Assembly: GCA_951406725.2 (NCBI GenBank) | Contig: OX597831.1 | Coordinates: 5,084,001 to 5,148,000, forward strand | Source of the DNA: Octopus vulgaris | Taxonomy: Eukaryota | Reading direction: 5' to 3' | DNA length: 64,000 nucleotides | Shown here: piece after piece, positions 39,911 to 53,637 of the stretch | Position numbering within the stretch: the stretch's first letter is position 1 | Layout of the letters: each line of letters begins with the position of its first letter | The notes under the pieces: generated by a model | What the model saw: the letters and a program-made list of their open reading frames with translations, nothing else | Databases searched by the model: none | What the model was told of the DNA's origin: nothing | Program-made: the position numbers and the translations under genes

Positions 39911-40185
39911 TCTCCCTCTTTCTCTCTTTTACTCTTGTGGGGGCTTGGTAGCAGGTAGCAGATAGTAAGTAAAAGAGAGAGAGACAGAGACAGAGAAACA
40001 GAAAAAAGGTAAATGTCCATTGCATATGAAAACTATGGAAAATTTTTTTAAAACATTTCATTTAATTTTTCAACAATTTAAGTGTCTTTCATGCTTTCTC
40101 TAAGTTAAAAAGCTGCAGAATCCAGTAGTAAAATGTTCTTCATGATAAAATAATTTTACCATTTTCTACCTTGTCTTATCTTCTT

Positions 40186-40269
<84 letters not shown>

Positions 40270-40609
40270 CATATATATATACATATATATATATATGTAT
40301 ATATACATACATACATTATAAAAATATGTATATACATACATACATATATATATCTGTGTGTGTGTGTGTGTGCATTTATGTATGTGCCCTTGTGTCTGTG
40401 TTTGCCTCCCCACCATCACTTGTCAACCGATGTTGGTATGTTTACGTTCCCGTAACTTAGTGATTCGGCCAAAGAGACCGATAGAATACCGGGCTTACAA
40501 AGAATAAGTCCTGGGGTTGGTTTGTTCGACTAAAAGACGATGATCGTCCATGGCCGCAGTGAAACGACTGAAACAAATAAGAGAATAAAAGAATAAAAAA
40601 AACAATATA

Positions 40610-40970
40610 GGCGCAGGAGTGGCTGTGTGGCAAGTAGCTTGCTAACCAACCACATGGTTCCGGGTTCAGTCCCACTGCGTGGCATCTTGGGCAAGTGTCT
40701 TCTGCTATAGCCCCGGGCCGACCAATGCCTTGTGAGTGGATTTGGTAGACGGAAACTGAAAGAAGTCTGTCGTATATATGTATATATATATATGTGTGTG
40801 TGTGTTTGTGTTTGTCCCCCTAGCATTGCTTGACAACCGATGCTGGTGTTTACGTCCCCGTCACTTAGCGGTTCGGCAAAAAGAGACCGATAGAATAAGT
40901 ACTAAAAAGGCGGTGCTCCAGCATGGCCGCAGTCAAATGACTGAAACAAGTAAAAGAGTAAAAGAGAGTA
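40610..40970 (+). mobile_element. SINE family B, full length
   Basis: Head GGCGCAGGAGTGGCTGTGTGG, B-box GGGTTCAGTCCC, internal (TA)(TG) tract and tail GACTGAAACAAGTAAAAGAG. Confidence 0.9.
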
Positions 40971-40987
40971 ATATAAAAAAAAATTGT

Positions 40988-41022
<35 letters not shown>

Positions 41023-41467
41023 TATAATTTTATTCTTTTATTCTTTATATATATATATATATATATATATACATACATACATACATACATACATACATAC
41101 ATACATACATACATACATACATACATAAAAGTATGTATATATATTTATATGATAGATGCATATATATATATATTATAAAGGTATTTTTTTACATAGACAT
41201 AAACAACTCCACACATATACACAGAGTTGTCAAACTTGAAACTTTTGTACTGATGTGCGCTTATATTCAAAACGTAATTAAATTTATTCCACATTTTATA
41301 TGTATTGTGTACTACTTTTGTATGGCTTATCTACATATGTGCTTGTGTGTTTTAATACATTTGTGCATGAGTAAATATGTGTGTGTGTGAATATATATAT
41401 TTATATATATATGTATGTATGTGTATGTACGTATACGTACGTATGTATGTATGCATATATATATATA

Positions 41468-41511
<44 letters not shown>

Positions 41512-42192
41512 AACACGCATAGATACATAACATACTCAAGTGGTAAATAAAACTGTAACAAGCAGATCAATACCAATAAGAATAACAGCAGTAAAATATT
41601 TTTAAAAAAAACATGACGAAAACAACGGAAAAAAAAACATTCCATATCCTTCCCCCTCCCCCACCTCCGCTCTCCACCTAGTCCCCCCACCCCACCCCCA
41701 CCACCCACCGCAAAAAAAACTAACTATAACAATTGCAAAACAATGATTAGCTTGAACAACAAGAACAACAACAACAACAACAACAACAACAACGACCACA
41801 ACATCGACAAGAACGAGAAGATTAGCAAACATTAACATTTCCGGTGGCTCAAACCACATCACAGGAAGTGTGTATGTTTGTGATATCATCGCCATTAATT
41901 GTGATGAGAATTAGCAATCATTGTTAATGCTGTGCTTTGTGGAGCGTCTACACTTGATGTTGTTGTTGTTGTTGTTGTTGTTGCTGTTGTTAGCTATGAT
42001 GATGATGATGATGATGGTAGAAGCGGCGGCGGTGGTGGTGGTGGTGGTGGATGGCGGAGAATGGGTAGAATTATTGCAATTTTTCTGTCTTTTGTTTTGT
42101 TACTTTCTGTTAAAAATTTTTCTTTGTGGCCGATGCTGTTGTGTTGTTAGTTTTTAATATTTTTTTCCATGTGGAAGACTGTCGTTGTTATT

Positions 42193-42194
42193 GT

Positions 42195-42229
<35 letters not shown>

Positions 42230-42423
42230 TAGTAGCAGCAGCAGTAGCAGCAGCAGCAGCAGTAGTAGTAGTGGTAGTTGTAGTTGTAGCAGCGGTAGCA
42301 GCAGCAGTAACAATAGTAGTAGTAGCAGCAGTAGAAGTAGTAGTAGCAATATTAGTAGTAGCAGCAGCAGTAGTGGTATTAGTAGTAGTAGTAGCAGCAG
42401 CAACAACAGCAGTAGCAGTAGCT

Positions 42424-42455
<32 letters not shown>

Positions 42456-42456
42456 T

Positions 42457-42506
<50 letters not shown>

Positions 42507-42592
42507 TGTTGTAGTAGTAGTAGCAGCAGCAGCAGTAGTAGTAGTAGTAGCAGCAGCTCAGCAGTAGTAGCAGCAGCAGCAGCAACAACAGC

Positions 42593-42636
<44 letters not shown>

Positions 42637-42669
42637 CAGCAGCAGCAGCAGCAGCAGTAATAGTAGTAT

Positions 42670-42702
<33 letters not shown>

Positions 42703-42715
42703 CCGCAGCAGCAGT
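42193..42715. repeat. (AGT)n/(AGC)n compound microsatellite
   Basis: Direct tandem repeat. Confidence 0.95.
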
Positions 42716-42869
42716 ATTTGCTACCGCTGCTCAATGAGTTGCCGAGGTGGTGGCTGTGGTGGTGGTGGTGGTGGTGCTGGAAATGGCGTCCCTATAAATA
42801 TTTGCTTTTAATGCAATTTTTGTGAAATGTTTCTATCTAATGTAGTTATTGTTGTTGCCCCCCTACTTG

Positions 42870-42912
<43 letters not shown>

Positions 42913-43048
42913 TATTATTATTATTGTTGCTGTTGTTGTTGTTGTTGTTTTGTTGTTGTTGTTTTGTTGTTGTTGCTGTTGTTGTTTCGTTCCTTGCTCT
43001 CCCCGGTTTCGGCATCTCCAGTGACTAATACATGACTCTGTTATTGCT

Positions 43049-43092
<44 letters not shown>

Positions 43093-43342
43093 CGCTTTCC
43101 AATACATTCCACTTTCATGCTTCTCGCCTCACCCATCCACACACGCACACACACACACACACACACAAAAGTATGTGCCCCTGTGGCAAACTTAGAAATC
43201 ATTACCATCACCATCAATATAATCTTAGTTATTTTTATTACATATCATTTCGTTTTGGCATTATTTTACACAAAATGAATAGCAACAATAACGAAAATAA
43301 TAAAGAATATTTCTCCTTCTGCCACAAACGTTATAGAAAATC

Positions 43343-43378
<36 letters not shown>

Positions 43379-43499
43379 GAAGAAGAAGAAGAAGAAGAAG
43401 AAGAAGAAGAAGAAGAAGAAGAAGAAGAAGAAGAAGAAGAAGAAGAAGAAGAAGAAGAAGAAGAAGAAGAAGAAGAAGAAGAAGAAGAAGAAGAAGAAG

Positions 43500-43709
43500 A
43501 ATCCTTTAAGCACAAGGACTGAAATTTGGGGAGAAAGGGCTAGTCGAATACACCCTAGTAATCGATGGAACCTATTTTATTGACTTCCGAAAGTGGGGTT
43601 GAAGGAACAAAGACGACCTCGGTGGAATTTGAACTCAGAAATCAAAGATGGTCGAAATGCCGCTAAATATTTTACCCTGATTACTACCGATTCTGCCAGG
43701 TTGCAGCCT
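43500..43709 (-). mobile_element. SINE family A, diverged full copy
   Basis: Family head, B-box and short tail on the minus strand. Confidence 0.75.
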
Positions 43710-43711
43710 TG

Positions 43712-43796
<85 letters not shown>

Positions 43797-43814
43797 TAAT
43801 AATAATAATAATAA

Positions 43815-43948
43815 ATAATCCTACGAAGAACACTTTCCATACAATAACCATCAGAGCATCACAACAAATCACAGCACATACCCAAGGCACACAGAGCTGC
43901 GCTCGGTAGTGAAGTGAAAGCACGCTATAAAAAATAAAAATAAAACTA

Positions 43949-43951
<3 letters not shown>
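43815..43951 (+). mobile_element. R4/Dong-like LINE 3' end (family 3) in (AAT)n
   Basis: Frame ILRRTLSIQ* matches the VLRRALSM* terminus of 13301-13396. (AAT)n lies on both sides. Confidence 0.65.
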
Positions 43952-43998
<47 letters not shown>

Positions 43999-44045
43999 CA
44001 ACAACAACATCAAACAACAACAACAACAATAATAATAATAATAAC

Positions 44046-44565
44046 ATTAATTCTGATCTTAACTGATTGGAAGTGTTATCATGTACTTTGTTCTGTCTTG
44101 GTATAAAAGATGGGCTACAGCAAATATTCTGCTCAATACCACAGATTTGCTTGTCAGTTGTTTGACCTTAACCAGTTGAGCATGTCCCTTAGTGGCTGAC
44201 GATATGTGCATCTCTGATCACGAGCAGAAGTAGTGGGGAAGCATCATAGTCATGTGTTGAGAGGGATTCTTTGGGGGTTTGGATATTTCACCTCTGGAAA
44301 CATAGGTGTTTCGTTCAACATCCTTAAACAATCCTTATTCAGGGACGTTTTGAGCGGGATGGGCTACTCGACCAGAAGAAAATTCTAACTGGGCCCCACC
44401 TGCAAGATCATGTGCTGTTTATCTCGATATGAGATCACCATGTCGCGCATATATGGTTGTGATGCATGTACCTGGTATACCCTTATCGGACGAGTAGTCC
44501 TGATGGGTATACTGGGGTTCATATATTTTACCCCAGTGTCACTTCGATGGCATGCTCTCTCACTC
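44046..44565 (+). mobile_element. Non-coding (AAT)n-embedded retroelement fragment (family 4)
   Basis: Complex sequence flanked by (AAT)n. Its 3' end GATGGCATGC..CTCTCTCACTC-(AAT)n recurs at 45115-45142. Confidence 0.6.
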
Positions 44566-44615
<50 letters not shown>

Positions 44616-44635
44616 TAATAATAATAATGATGATG

Positions 44636-44743
<108 letters not shown>

Positions 44744-45004
44744 ATGATAATGATTACCTCAATCCTTTATGTGTTAGCCAAAATGAAGTAGATTGACAAA
44801 ATTGTTTTCTGAACCTGTTGAAGAGACGCGAGGTGTCGAAATATCGTTCACTGGATGACAATGGCGCTCTTCTCGTAATTTTGATTTATTAATAATAACA
44901 ACAGCAATAATAATAATAATAACAATAAAAATAATAACAACAACAATAATAATAATAATAATAATGATAATAATAATAATAATAATAACAACAACAACAA
45001 CAAC

Positions 45005-45093
45005 AACATGAACTTCCAACCTGTTGTCTCTTGAGGTCTCTGGGTGAGACTTGGAGCCAACTTGTACAAATATAAAGCAAAACTCAAACATAG
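45005..45093 (+). mobile_element. 3' UTR fragment of R4/Dong-like family 2
   Basis: CATGAACTT..TGAGGTCT.TGGGTGAG..GGAGCCAACTTGTACAAATA.AAAG matches 13973-14057 and is followed by (AAT)n. Confidence 0.8.
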
Positions 45094-45704
45094 AATAATA
45101 ATAATAATAATAATTTTGATGGCATGCACTGCTCTCTCACTCAATAATAATAATAATAATCATGATGATAATGATGATGATGATGATGATGATGATGAGC
45201 CTTTCTACTATAAGTACAAAGCTTCACAGTTTTTTGGGGTTTTTTTTTTGTCTTTTGGGGTATGTGGGAATCGATTATATTGACTTGTGTACCTGACTTG
45301 CGGGGATCTTGAATTTAGAATGTAAAGCCGCTAATAATTTCAGCGATCGGCATTAGCTGTACTGGACGCTGGTGTATTTTATCGAACCCTAGTATTTTAC
45401 AGGTATTACTTTACGAACTGTGTACAGACAATGGTCTCTAAAGGGAGCTAACTAGGGTGTGTGCTGTCGTTGCTTTGAACAACAACAGCAACATTGCCAT
45501 ACTTAGGACAGTCTTAAGCCGGTTATCACGGTTGGATGGTCACGGTTGGAATACGCTTCACTATAGGGCTACAGAACCTGGGTTAGCCTGAGGCTAAACA
45601 ACGATGACAATACACACAATACACACACTTGCGCTCCTCGGCTCCCCACACACACACACAATCACACACACACAATCACACACACACACACACACACACG
45701 ACAT

Positions 45705-45955
45705 ATCATCACCAGCATCATCATCACTGTCGTCATCATCACTGTCGTCGTCATCACCAGCATCATCGTCACTGTCGTCATCATCATCACCAGCATCATC
45801 GTCACTGTCGTCATCATCACTGTCGTCATCATCACCATCATCATCATCACTGTCGTCATCATCACCAGCATCATCATCACCAGCATCATCATCACTGTCA
45901 TCATCATCACCGTCGTCATCATCGCCAGCATCATCATCACCGTCGTCATCATTAT
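45705..45955. repeat. (TCA)-based minisatellite with CTGTCG/CCAGCA variant units
   Basis: Patterned 12-18 bp units. Confidence 0.85.
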
Positions 45956-46483
45956 GATTGATGCTGACGCTGTTGTTTTCAATGCTCTCTAATCGATATA
46001 ATTGTTATTGATGAATTTGTTGTCGTTATTGTTTGTTTTGCTTTTGTTTTTTTTTGTTTTTGTAGTTGCTGTTGTTTGTGTCATCATCATTGTTGTTGTT
46101 GCAGTTGTTGCTGTTGTTATTGTTGTTGTTGTTGTTGTTTCACTCGCCAGTATGTCTGTTTGTTTGTTTGTTTGATTGTTTACCGAACAGTCTGCTACAG
46201 ATTGGCTTATCACCAAATATCAGGCCTCGAACCACACACCCCACACACCCACACCCCGACACCCACACCCCGACACCCACACCTCCTCCTCCTCCAACTT
46301 CAACTACCCCCCTCAGCTCTCGCCCACCCTCTCTTTTCTTCTTTTTCTTCTTTATTTCTTTCCTCTCCCCCCCCCTCTTCTTCAACCTCTCATTAATTCT
46401 TTCGCGCGCTTTTCTCTTTTTTTCTTTTTCCATCAATCTTTTTCTTCCTCTCCATTTTCAATAATAATAATAATAATAATAAT

Positions 46484-46521
<38 letters not shown>

Positions 46522-46556
46522 TATCAATAACAATAATAACAAAAATAATAATAATG

Positions 46557-46620
<64 letters not shown>

Positions 46621-47325
46621 TGATGATAATAATGATAATAATAACAATGATAGCAATAATTATTATTGTTGTTGTTGTTGACATTAATAACGTCATTAAA
46701 TTTAATATTAGCTTTAATTTCATTAATATTGCAATCCCCCCTCTTTCTCCTAAAATATAATAGCCACCAGCACCACCATCACCACCACCACCACCACCAT
46801 TATCATCATCATCATCATCATCATCATCATCTTTTCATCGCCATCATTCTCATCACCATCGGTACCGATATCAAAACCTTCATCACAATCGTGGTCAGCA
46901 TAATCCGTAGTCATCACTCCCGTCGTCGCCACCGCCGCCGTCATCGTCGTCGTCACCGCCATCATCCTCGTTGTCGCCGCCGCCCTCGCCTTCATCATCA
47001 GCGCAATCATCATGAGTAACAACAGCAGCAACAACAGTATCATGTTCTGCTGTTCCTCTTGTTGCTGTGCTCCTTATCGTGCGCCATCTTTGTTGTTAAT
47101 ACAGAATTGATTATAATTACTGAAAATACAACACAGGCAGCGACTGTAGTCCACGGTGGCCGATGAGCCCCTCCTGATGGTCTCCAGAATGCCTTAGAAT
47201 TTTGAAAAATCCACACAGCCCTCATCGTCATTAATATCAATATTTTAATGAATGCAAGGAAGTCGTTATTATTTTATAATTACTTTTCTGAGTAAGAAAC
47301 ACGAAAATATGTTTATATAATTATG

Positions 47326-47396
<71 letters not shown>

Positions 47397-47398
<2 letters not shown>

Positions 47399-47890
47399 GG
47401 GTATCTATGACGGAGTAGAAGTTTCAGATATGGTCGGATTATATGTGACCTACATGCAATGAAAAATAGAACAAGATTCAACAGCGCAGGACTTTAGAGA
47501 AACGACGGTCTCACATTATTCCACAAAATGAAGGGTCATGATAGGACAAACACTAATTAGTATAATTAACATATTAACGTAAATGAACACAATAAATACA
47601 AACCAGCTCTATTTCTAACGTAATTCCAACGAAGAAGAAATAAATTGAAACTTTAGAAATTTATTCACGATCATACTAGAATCAATATTAGTAGACTTCT
47701 AATTTATCCTACTAGCTCTTGTTATTAGGTATTATTACAAGCTGAAATAACTAGAGCAAACAAACTATGTTAGATTGTACTAAACACTCTAATAGTGATA
47801 TAATATTGCATAATCCCCCTTTTAGTTTAAATGTCTCCACAAATGTTGCTAGAATCTTTCTAAATTAAATTAATAAGCGCTTCCCCACGT
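47397..47890 (+). pseudogene. Decayed Penelope-like element reverse transcriptase/thumb fragment
   Basis: MGIYDGVEVSDMVGLY (47397), GL*RNDGL (about 47489) and NPP..SLNVSTNVARIFLN*INKRFP (about 47812-47886) correspond to the PLE motifs MGSYDGAE..LVGLY, GLYRDDGL and WFNPP..NV.TN..FL.LI.KHFP. Stops, frameshifts and deletions are present, and the fragment abuts (TA)n. Confidence 0.8.
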
Positions 47891-48829
47891 TACTCGAGTC
47901 TCTTATCGGAGAAAGCGATATAGAGATCACATGTGAAGTCATTAGACGGTAAAGATGTATACTGGGTTAACCAAGAACACTTTTGAAGTTTGATCCACAC
48001 TGTACATCCATTTCTTTAGGTCGAGGAGTGAGATCAATGCTACGTAACTTTCGAAATTCGTTTGGTTATACAAAAATAGGAGAGATTGTAACAGATTGTT
48101 GTTATGTGGTGATTTATAGGGAAAGGACGTTTTCGAAGCGTAGAACTCAAGAAGCTGAGCCTTGTTGAGGTAAAGTCTGCTACAATAATGTGTCCTATTT
48201 CAAAACGCTTGCAGACTGATTGAATAGTTTCAGCTGATGATATGTTGATGTATATGGATGGTAATCTAAATTGCAGGTGTAGATGTTGTCCAATAATACG
48301 TCTTGGAACATTTCTGTCAACTGTCAAGGAAAATCTACAACTTTATCACAGATTGTCTGAAAACTTAATAACAAAGGGCCTGATTATTGTCTTGTAACAT
48401 GATAAGGCATTGATAAGGCCACTCCATTCCTCAACTGATCACGAAATTTCGAACGTTCTCTTACTGAAATGTTTCTCATAGTAATACAGCCAGATATCAA
48501 ACAACAGAAATCAGAGATACTGTCAAATTGTCGTCCTAAGAAAAAGTCCTTTCTGGACGACCCGAAATCCCAATCTAGTGAGTGAAATCCAGTAATTAGA
48601 TATAACAATGTCGCGTTTCGACGGGTAATCTCTTTTAATGCCATAACAGTTCAGACAAGTTACATTTATACTACTTATTCAAACATGTGATCTGGACAAA
48701 CCAATGACAATCAGCCTACACTGTGCAACAAGGAGAAAGTTGTATCTACTTTACTTTGCCTAGCCGCTTGATCATACTCATAACTTATGTGAAACTCCGA
48801 GTTACAAGGAGTAAGTCACCAAATTATTA

Positions 48830-48899
<70 letters not shown>

Positions 48900-49406
48900 C
48901 GCACGCACAAACACACAGATAGATAGATAAAGACACATAGATGCATGTAAGTATGCATGCATATCAGTATGTGTGCATTTATGCATGTATGTATGCATGT
49001 ATGTATGCATGTGTGTATTATGTGTGTATGTATAGGCTAAAATCGAACAGTAAAAATGATTGCTCAACACTGCATTGCTGGATCAAAACTCTTCATTTGT
49101 GTGTAAGCAAGGCGACCAAGTTTTCACGTGAACAAAAATCGAAACGTTAAAGACACTTCCATTTCCCTGAGCGTCAAACTAATTACACTTTGTTTGTTCT
49201 TCCCTCACCTATCTCTGTCTTGTGTTTTTTATTTTTTGTACAACTTTGAAACATTGATATGTAGGTGATCGATAGAGAGAGAGTTAAAGAGATAGATATT
49301 GAGATAGGGAGATACATAAAGAGACAGATAGCCAGACAGACAGATAAGCAGATATCGTCTTCTAAGAGTTATACGTTCTTGTCCATGTTGTATTTTTCTA
49401 CATACC

Positions 49407-49460
<54 letters not shown>

Positions 49461-49469
49461 TAGATAGAT

Positions 49470-49500
<31 letters not shown>

Positions 49501-50908
49501 TATGTTTCTTTATTAGCCACACAGGGCTGCACACAGATAGAACAAATTACAAGGTAGAGCTTTTCTTTTGAAGGTTTAAGAAAGAAAAAAAAAAAAAAAA
49601 AAAAAAAAGGAAGGGGGAGTTTCGATCAAAAGGGATCGTAAAAGGAGAGAAAGAGGACAAAAAAAAGGGGGGTTAAAAAAAGGGGGGAGGAAAAAATTGA
49701 TCAATAGGGATCGTTATCACAGAAATGTCAATATGAAGTGTAAAGGGGAGGACAGGTGAGGTTTACCCGTGCAAAGAAAAGCCTACGGAAAAGACCACGG
49801 TAACCTCGGTCAATGATGTCACATTTTATATTTCTTTTTTTTTTTTTTTGCAAATAAGCAACTCTCTGTTTTCGATTTCTGGGTTCATAGGACTATGCTC
49901 AAGGTGGCTTCGTCATTCATACGTGCCATTCTTGCTACATTCACCCATCTTTTTTTAAAACATTCGCTAGACAAAACTTGCCTCTCTACTCTCACTTTCC
50001 TTTTCAAGTGGTACTTGAAGAAGTTGATGAGAGATTGACCAGAGAGGAAAGTGTTTGTCTCCAATCCTTTCAGACGCGTCCACCAGATACATTCTTTCGC
50101 CATAGCCACAAGGATGATGAAAATAGCTCTTCCTTCCCGTTTGAAGGAAGGAGGCGTGACAATATTGACGATAGACTCAGCTGATAAACCGACTCGTCCC
50201 ACACGTGACAGCAGTTGTTCGACATAAGCCCACAGGTCGGAAATTGTTGGACACTGAACGAGTGCGTGCAGAACGGTTTCGTCGCTCTGACCGCATCTCG
50301 GGCAGGTCGGCCCCGAGTTTCTCGAGCCGTGTCTGTAGAGCTTATCCCGAACGGGTAGCGCTTCTCGGTAGCACTGCCAGGCCAGGGATCTCTGGAAGTT
50401 GTCCATGGGCCCTGGCCCGAAAGTCGTCCTGAGCAGGCGGGTCAGGTACTCCTCGTCGACGTCCAGGTTCGCCCCGAGCTCGTCGTCGTACCTCCCCTCC
50501 ACTAAACCCCTATAGAATGCTTTGGTTGTGTTGAAGTCACTTAAGGTCGACCCAGGACGGCAGAGTTGCTTGAGAGCAACGCGACACTCGCGGTGCCATT
50601 CGCCCTTCCTCGGCCTCTTTTTGATCCACGACTGCAGTTCGGTCATGGAGACGAGCTGCGGGAAAGCGTGCCTCACAAACGGCGACCACACCTGTTCACC
50701 GTCGTCTACATAGAGCCAGAGATGCCGCAGTCTCAGCGCGTGTCTGCGCATCATCAACCACGGCATGCCCAGCCCTCCTTTTAACGGGTGTTGACAGCAA
50801 ATGGATCGCCTGACCATCGGGACGCATCCTTTCCACAAGAAGCGAAAGAGGATGCGTTGTAGTTTGGTGATGGTAGGGTCGGGACAAGGTACGACGGTCA
50901 GGCGGTAG

Positions 50909-50913
<5 letters not shown>
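49501..50913 (-). mobile_element. 5'-truncated Tx1/L1-clade LINE inserted in (TCTA)n/(GATA)n
   Basis: GC-rich intact ORF2 3' part, about 385-nt 3' UTR and AATAAA 8 nt from the end. (TCTA)n lies on both flanks on the sense strand. Confidence 0.9.
49885..50913 (-). CDS. Tx1-like ORF2 C-terminal part: RT thumb and zf-RVT CCHC zinc finger (no start codon; 5'-truncated)
   Basis: [62 protein letters not shown] is the hallmark L1/Tx1 ORF2 C-terminus, with no internal stops over about 340 codons. Confidence 0.9.
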
Positions 50914-51152
<239 letters not shown>

Positions 51153-51501
51153 GGAATCAAATCCTGAATATGCATATAAATGGTTACGAAACAAACTTCC
51201 TTACCACACGGCCATGCTTATGTCTAAGAATATATATATATATATATATTTCTACACGCATCCTAGAATGTATATTTCTACAGACAGACACACATACACA
51301 TGCACACATACACACACACAAACACACACACACACACTCACACATGCAAAACATGAAATATGAGAGAATAAATTCTAAGCATGGACGAATGAATGAAAGA
51401 TTGAACCGGAAAACTAATGTTACTTCCGCCATTGACCCAGAGAGGGCGCTGTATCGAATTCAAAAAACTAGCTGTTCCCACTCACCCCACCAAATCATCA
51501 C

Positions 51502-51553
<52 letters not shown>

Positions 51554-51571
51554 GTCATCATCGTCATCACC

Positions 51572-51635
<64 letters not shown>

Positions 51636-51883
51636 ACAACAACAACGACAATTTAAAGAAATAACTAAATGACTATTTGATAACTACCCTCCACCCAAAC
51701 GTCCGCCTCTCTCTCTCTCTCTCTCCTCTCCCTCTCCCTCTCGTTCTCTCTCGTTTAATGATCTCGAAGCTGGTTGCTACACATCATTACTTTCAGAATT
51801 ACCTCCTCCTTTTTTTCCCTACTTCCTTTTTCCTAATCCCTCCATCAAAACCACAACAACAACAACAACAACAACAACAACAG

Positions 51884-51935
<52 letters not shown>

Positions 51936-51999
51936 CACAAAAGTCGCTATAACAGCGATCCAGTGTTTAGAGACGTCCTCGTTAACATTCTCTCCATAC

Positions 52000-52038
<39 letters not shown>

Positions 52039-52230
52039 ACATACACATACATATTACACTCACGCACTTCCATACATATTATTTTACATATAGTAAACGC
52101 TGCGGAACACCCCATTCATGATCTAGCACTATACACCCTCGCCTGCCATGAATGTATATATGTGTCTGCGTGTATGTATATATATGTACGTATGTGTGCA
52201 TGAATGTATATATGTATGTAAGTACGTACG

Positions 52231-52262
<32 letters not shown>

Positions 52263-52335
52263 CACACATGCACACTTACACGCATATATATATATATATA
52301 TGTGTGTGTACATGTGTGTATATGTGTGTGTGTGT

Positions 52336-52412
<77 letters not shown>

Positions 52413-52567
52413 TGTGTGTAAAATATTGGTTTTGCTCCAGTTGGTTTAGTCTTGAGGTCCTCGCTAGACGTGGTTAAATTCCGGATCATCCCAAACATAT
52501 TAATATACGATAATGGGTTCTTCCAATTCTACTCAGCACTTTGTGACCTCAGTCATTAACACTAGCG

Positions 52568-52623
<56 letters not shown>

Positions 52624-52624
52624 A

Positions 52625-52810
52625 TTGAAATTTACAGAAAAAGAAAAGACGAAGACAAGTGTATAAGCAACAAGCAGGTGTATTAGTTCGACACTCGGGA
52701 AGATGAGAAAGTCCTTTACGCTTCGAGCCTGCGCTCTTCAACAGCAAAGAACACAAGGAAATTACCAGGGAGAGAGAATAAAAACAAAATTTTAGAGTTA
52801 GCGGTCAAAC
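52625..52810 (-). mobile_element. Penelope-like terminal repeat fragment abutting (TA)n
   Basis: Homologous to 7555-7760; hammerhead-like motif at 52711-52750. Confidence 0.55.
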
Positions 52811-53047
52811 AGCGTGTTTTATTTTCTGTCTTTGCTTGTCTCTTTCCACACCGCTTGATAACCGGTGTTAGTGTGTGTACGTCCCTGTAATTCAGCGGTT
52901 CAGCAAAAAGAGACACTGATAGAATAATCACTAGGCTTTAAAAAAAAAATGTTTTCGGCTAGATTTGTTCGACTAAAACGCTTCAAGACGGTGCTCCAGC
53001 ATGGCCGCTGTCAAATGACTGAAACAAGTAAAAGAATAAAAGAATAT

Positions 53048-53273
53048 TCATTTCTTTATTGCCCTCAAGGGGCTAAACATAGAGGAGACAAACAAGGACA
53101 GACAAAGGGATTAAGTTGATTACATCAACCCCAGTGCGTAACTGGTACTTAATTTATCGCCCCCGAAAGGATGAAAGGCAAAGTCGACCTCGGCGGAATT
53201 TGAACTCAGAACGTAACGACAGACGAAATACTGCTAAGCATTTCGCCCAGCGCGCTAACGCTTCTGCCAGCTC
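53048..53273 (-). mobile_element. SINE family A, long-tail variant
   Basis: Near-identical to 2455-2686. Confidence 0.9.
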
Positions 53274-53449
53274 ATTTCTTTATATATTTAAGTGATTTAT
53301 TAAAACCTTCTGCTCCCTACAGAACATAGATTGTTGATGATTTCTCCTCCTTTACTCTCCACTTAAGGCTCTCTTTTTCTCTCGGTCATTTCTTCGTTTT
53401 TGATTCGTCATCGATGTTTCAGTAACTTCGCTGTCTCTACAAAAGCAAA

Positions 53450-53605
53450 GATGGGGTCCATCTTAGTTTGGGCCTCTGGCAATCTATCCTTTCACCTGTC
53501 CAGCACGGCAGGGTCCCAAAGGAGCTTTATCCTCGTTGGCATAGCTCTTAGGGTCATTGAAGAACTCAAACCACCAAATCGCAACAAGGACTGGACCACC
53601 TTGTG
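53450..53605 (-). mobile_element. RTE-clade LINE 5' UTR remnant
   Basis: Minus strand CCTTGTTGCG..GGTTTGAGT..TCAATGACCCTAAGAGCTATGCC..GCTCC..GGACAGGT resembles the conserved RTE/BovB-type 5' end. Recognised from memory, not verified. Confidence 0.5.
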
Positions 53606-53637
53606 GACTGTATACATACATACACACATACATAGAG

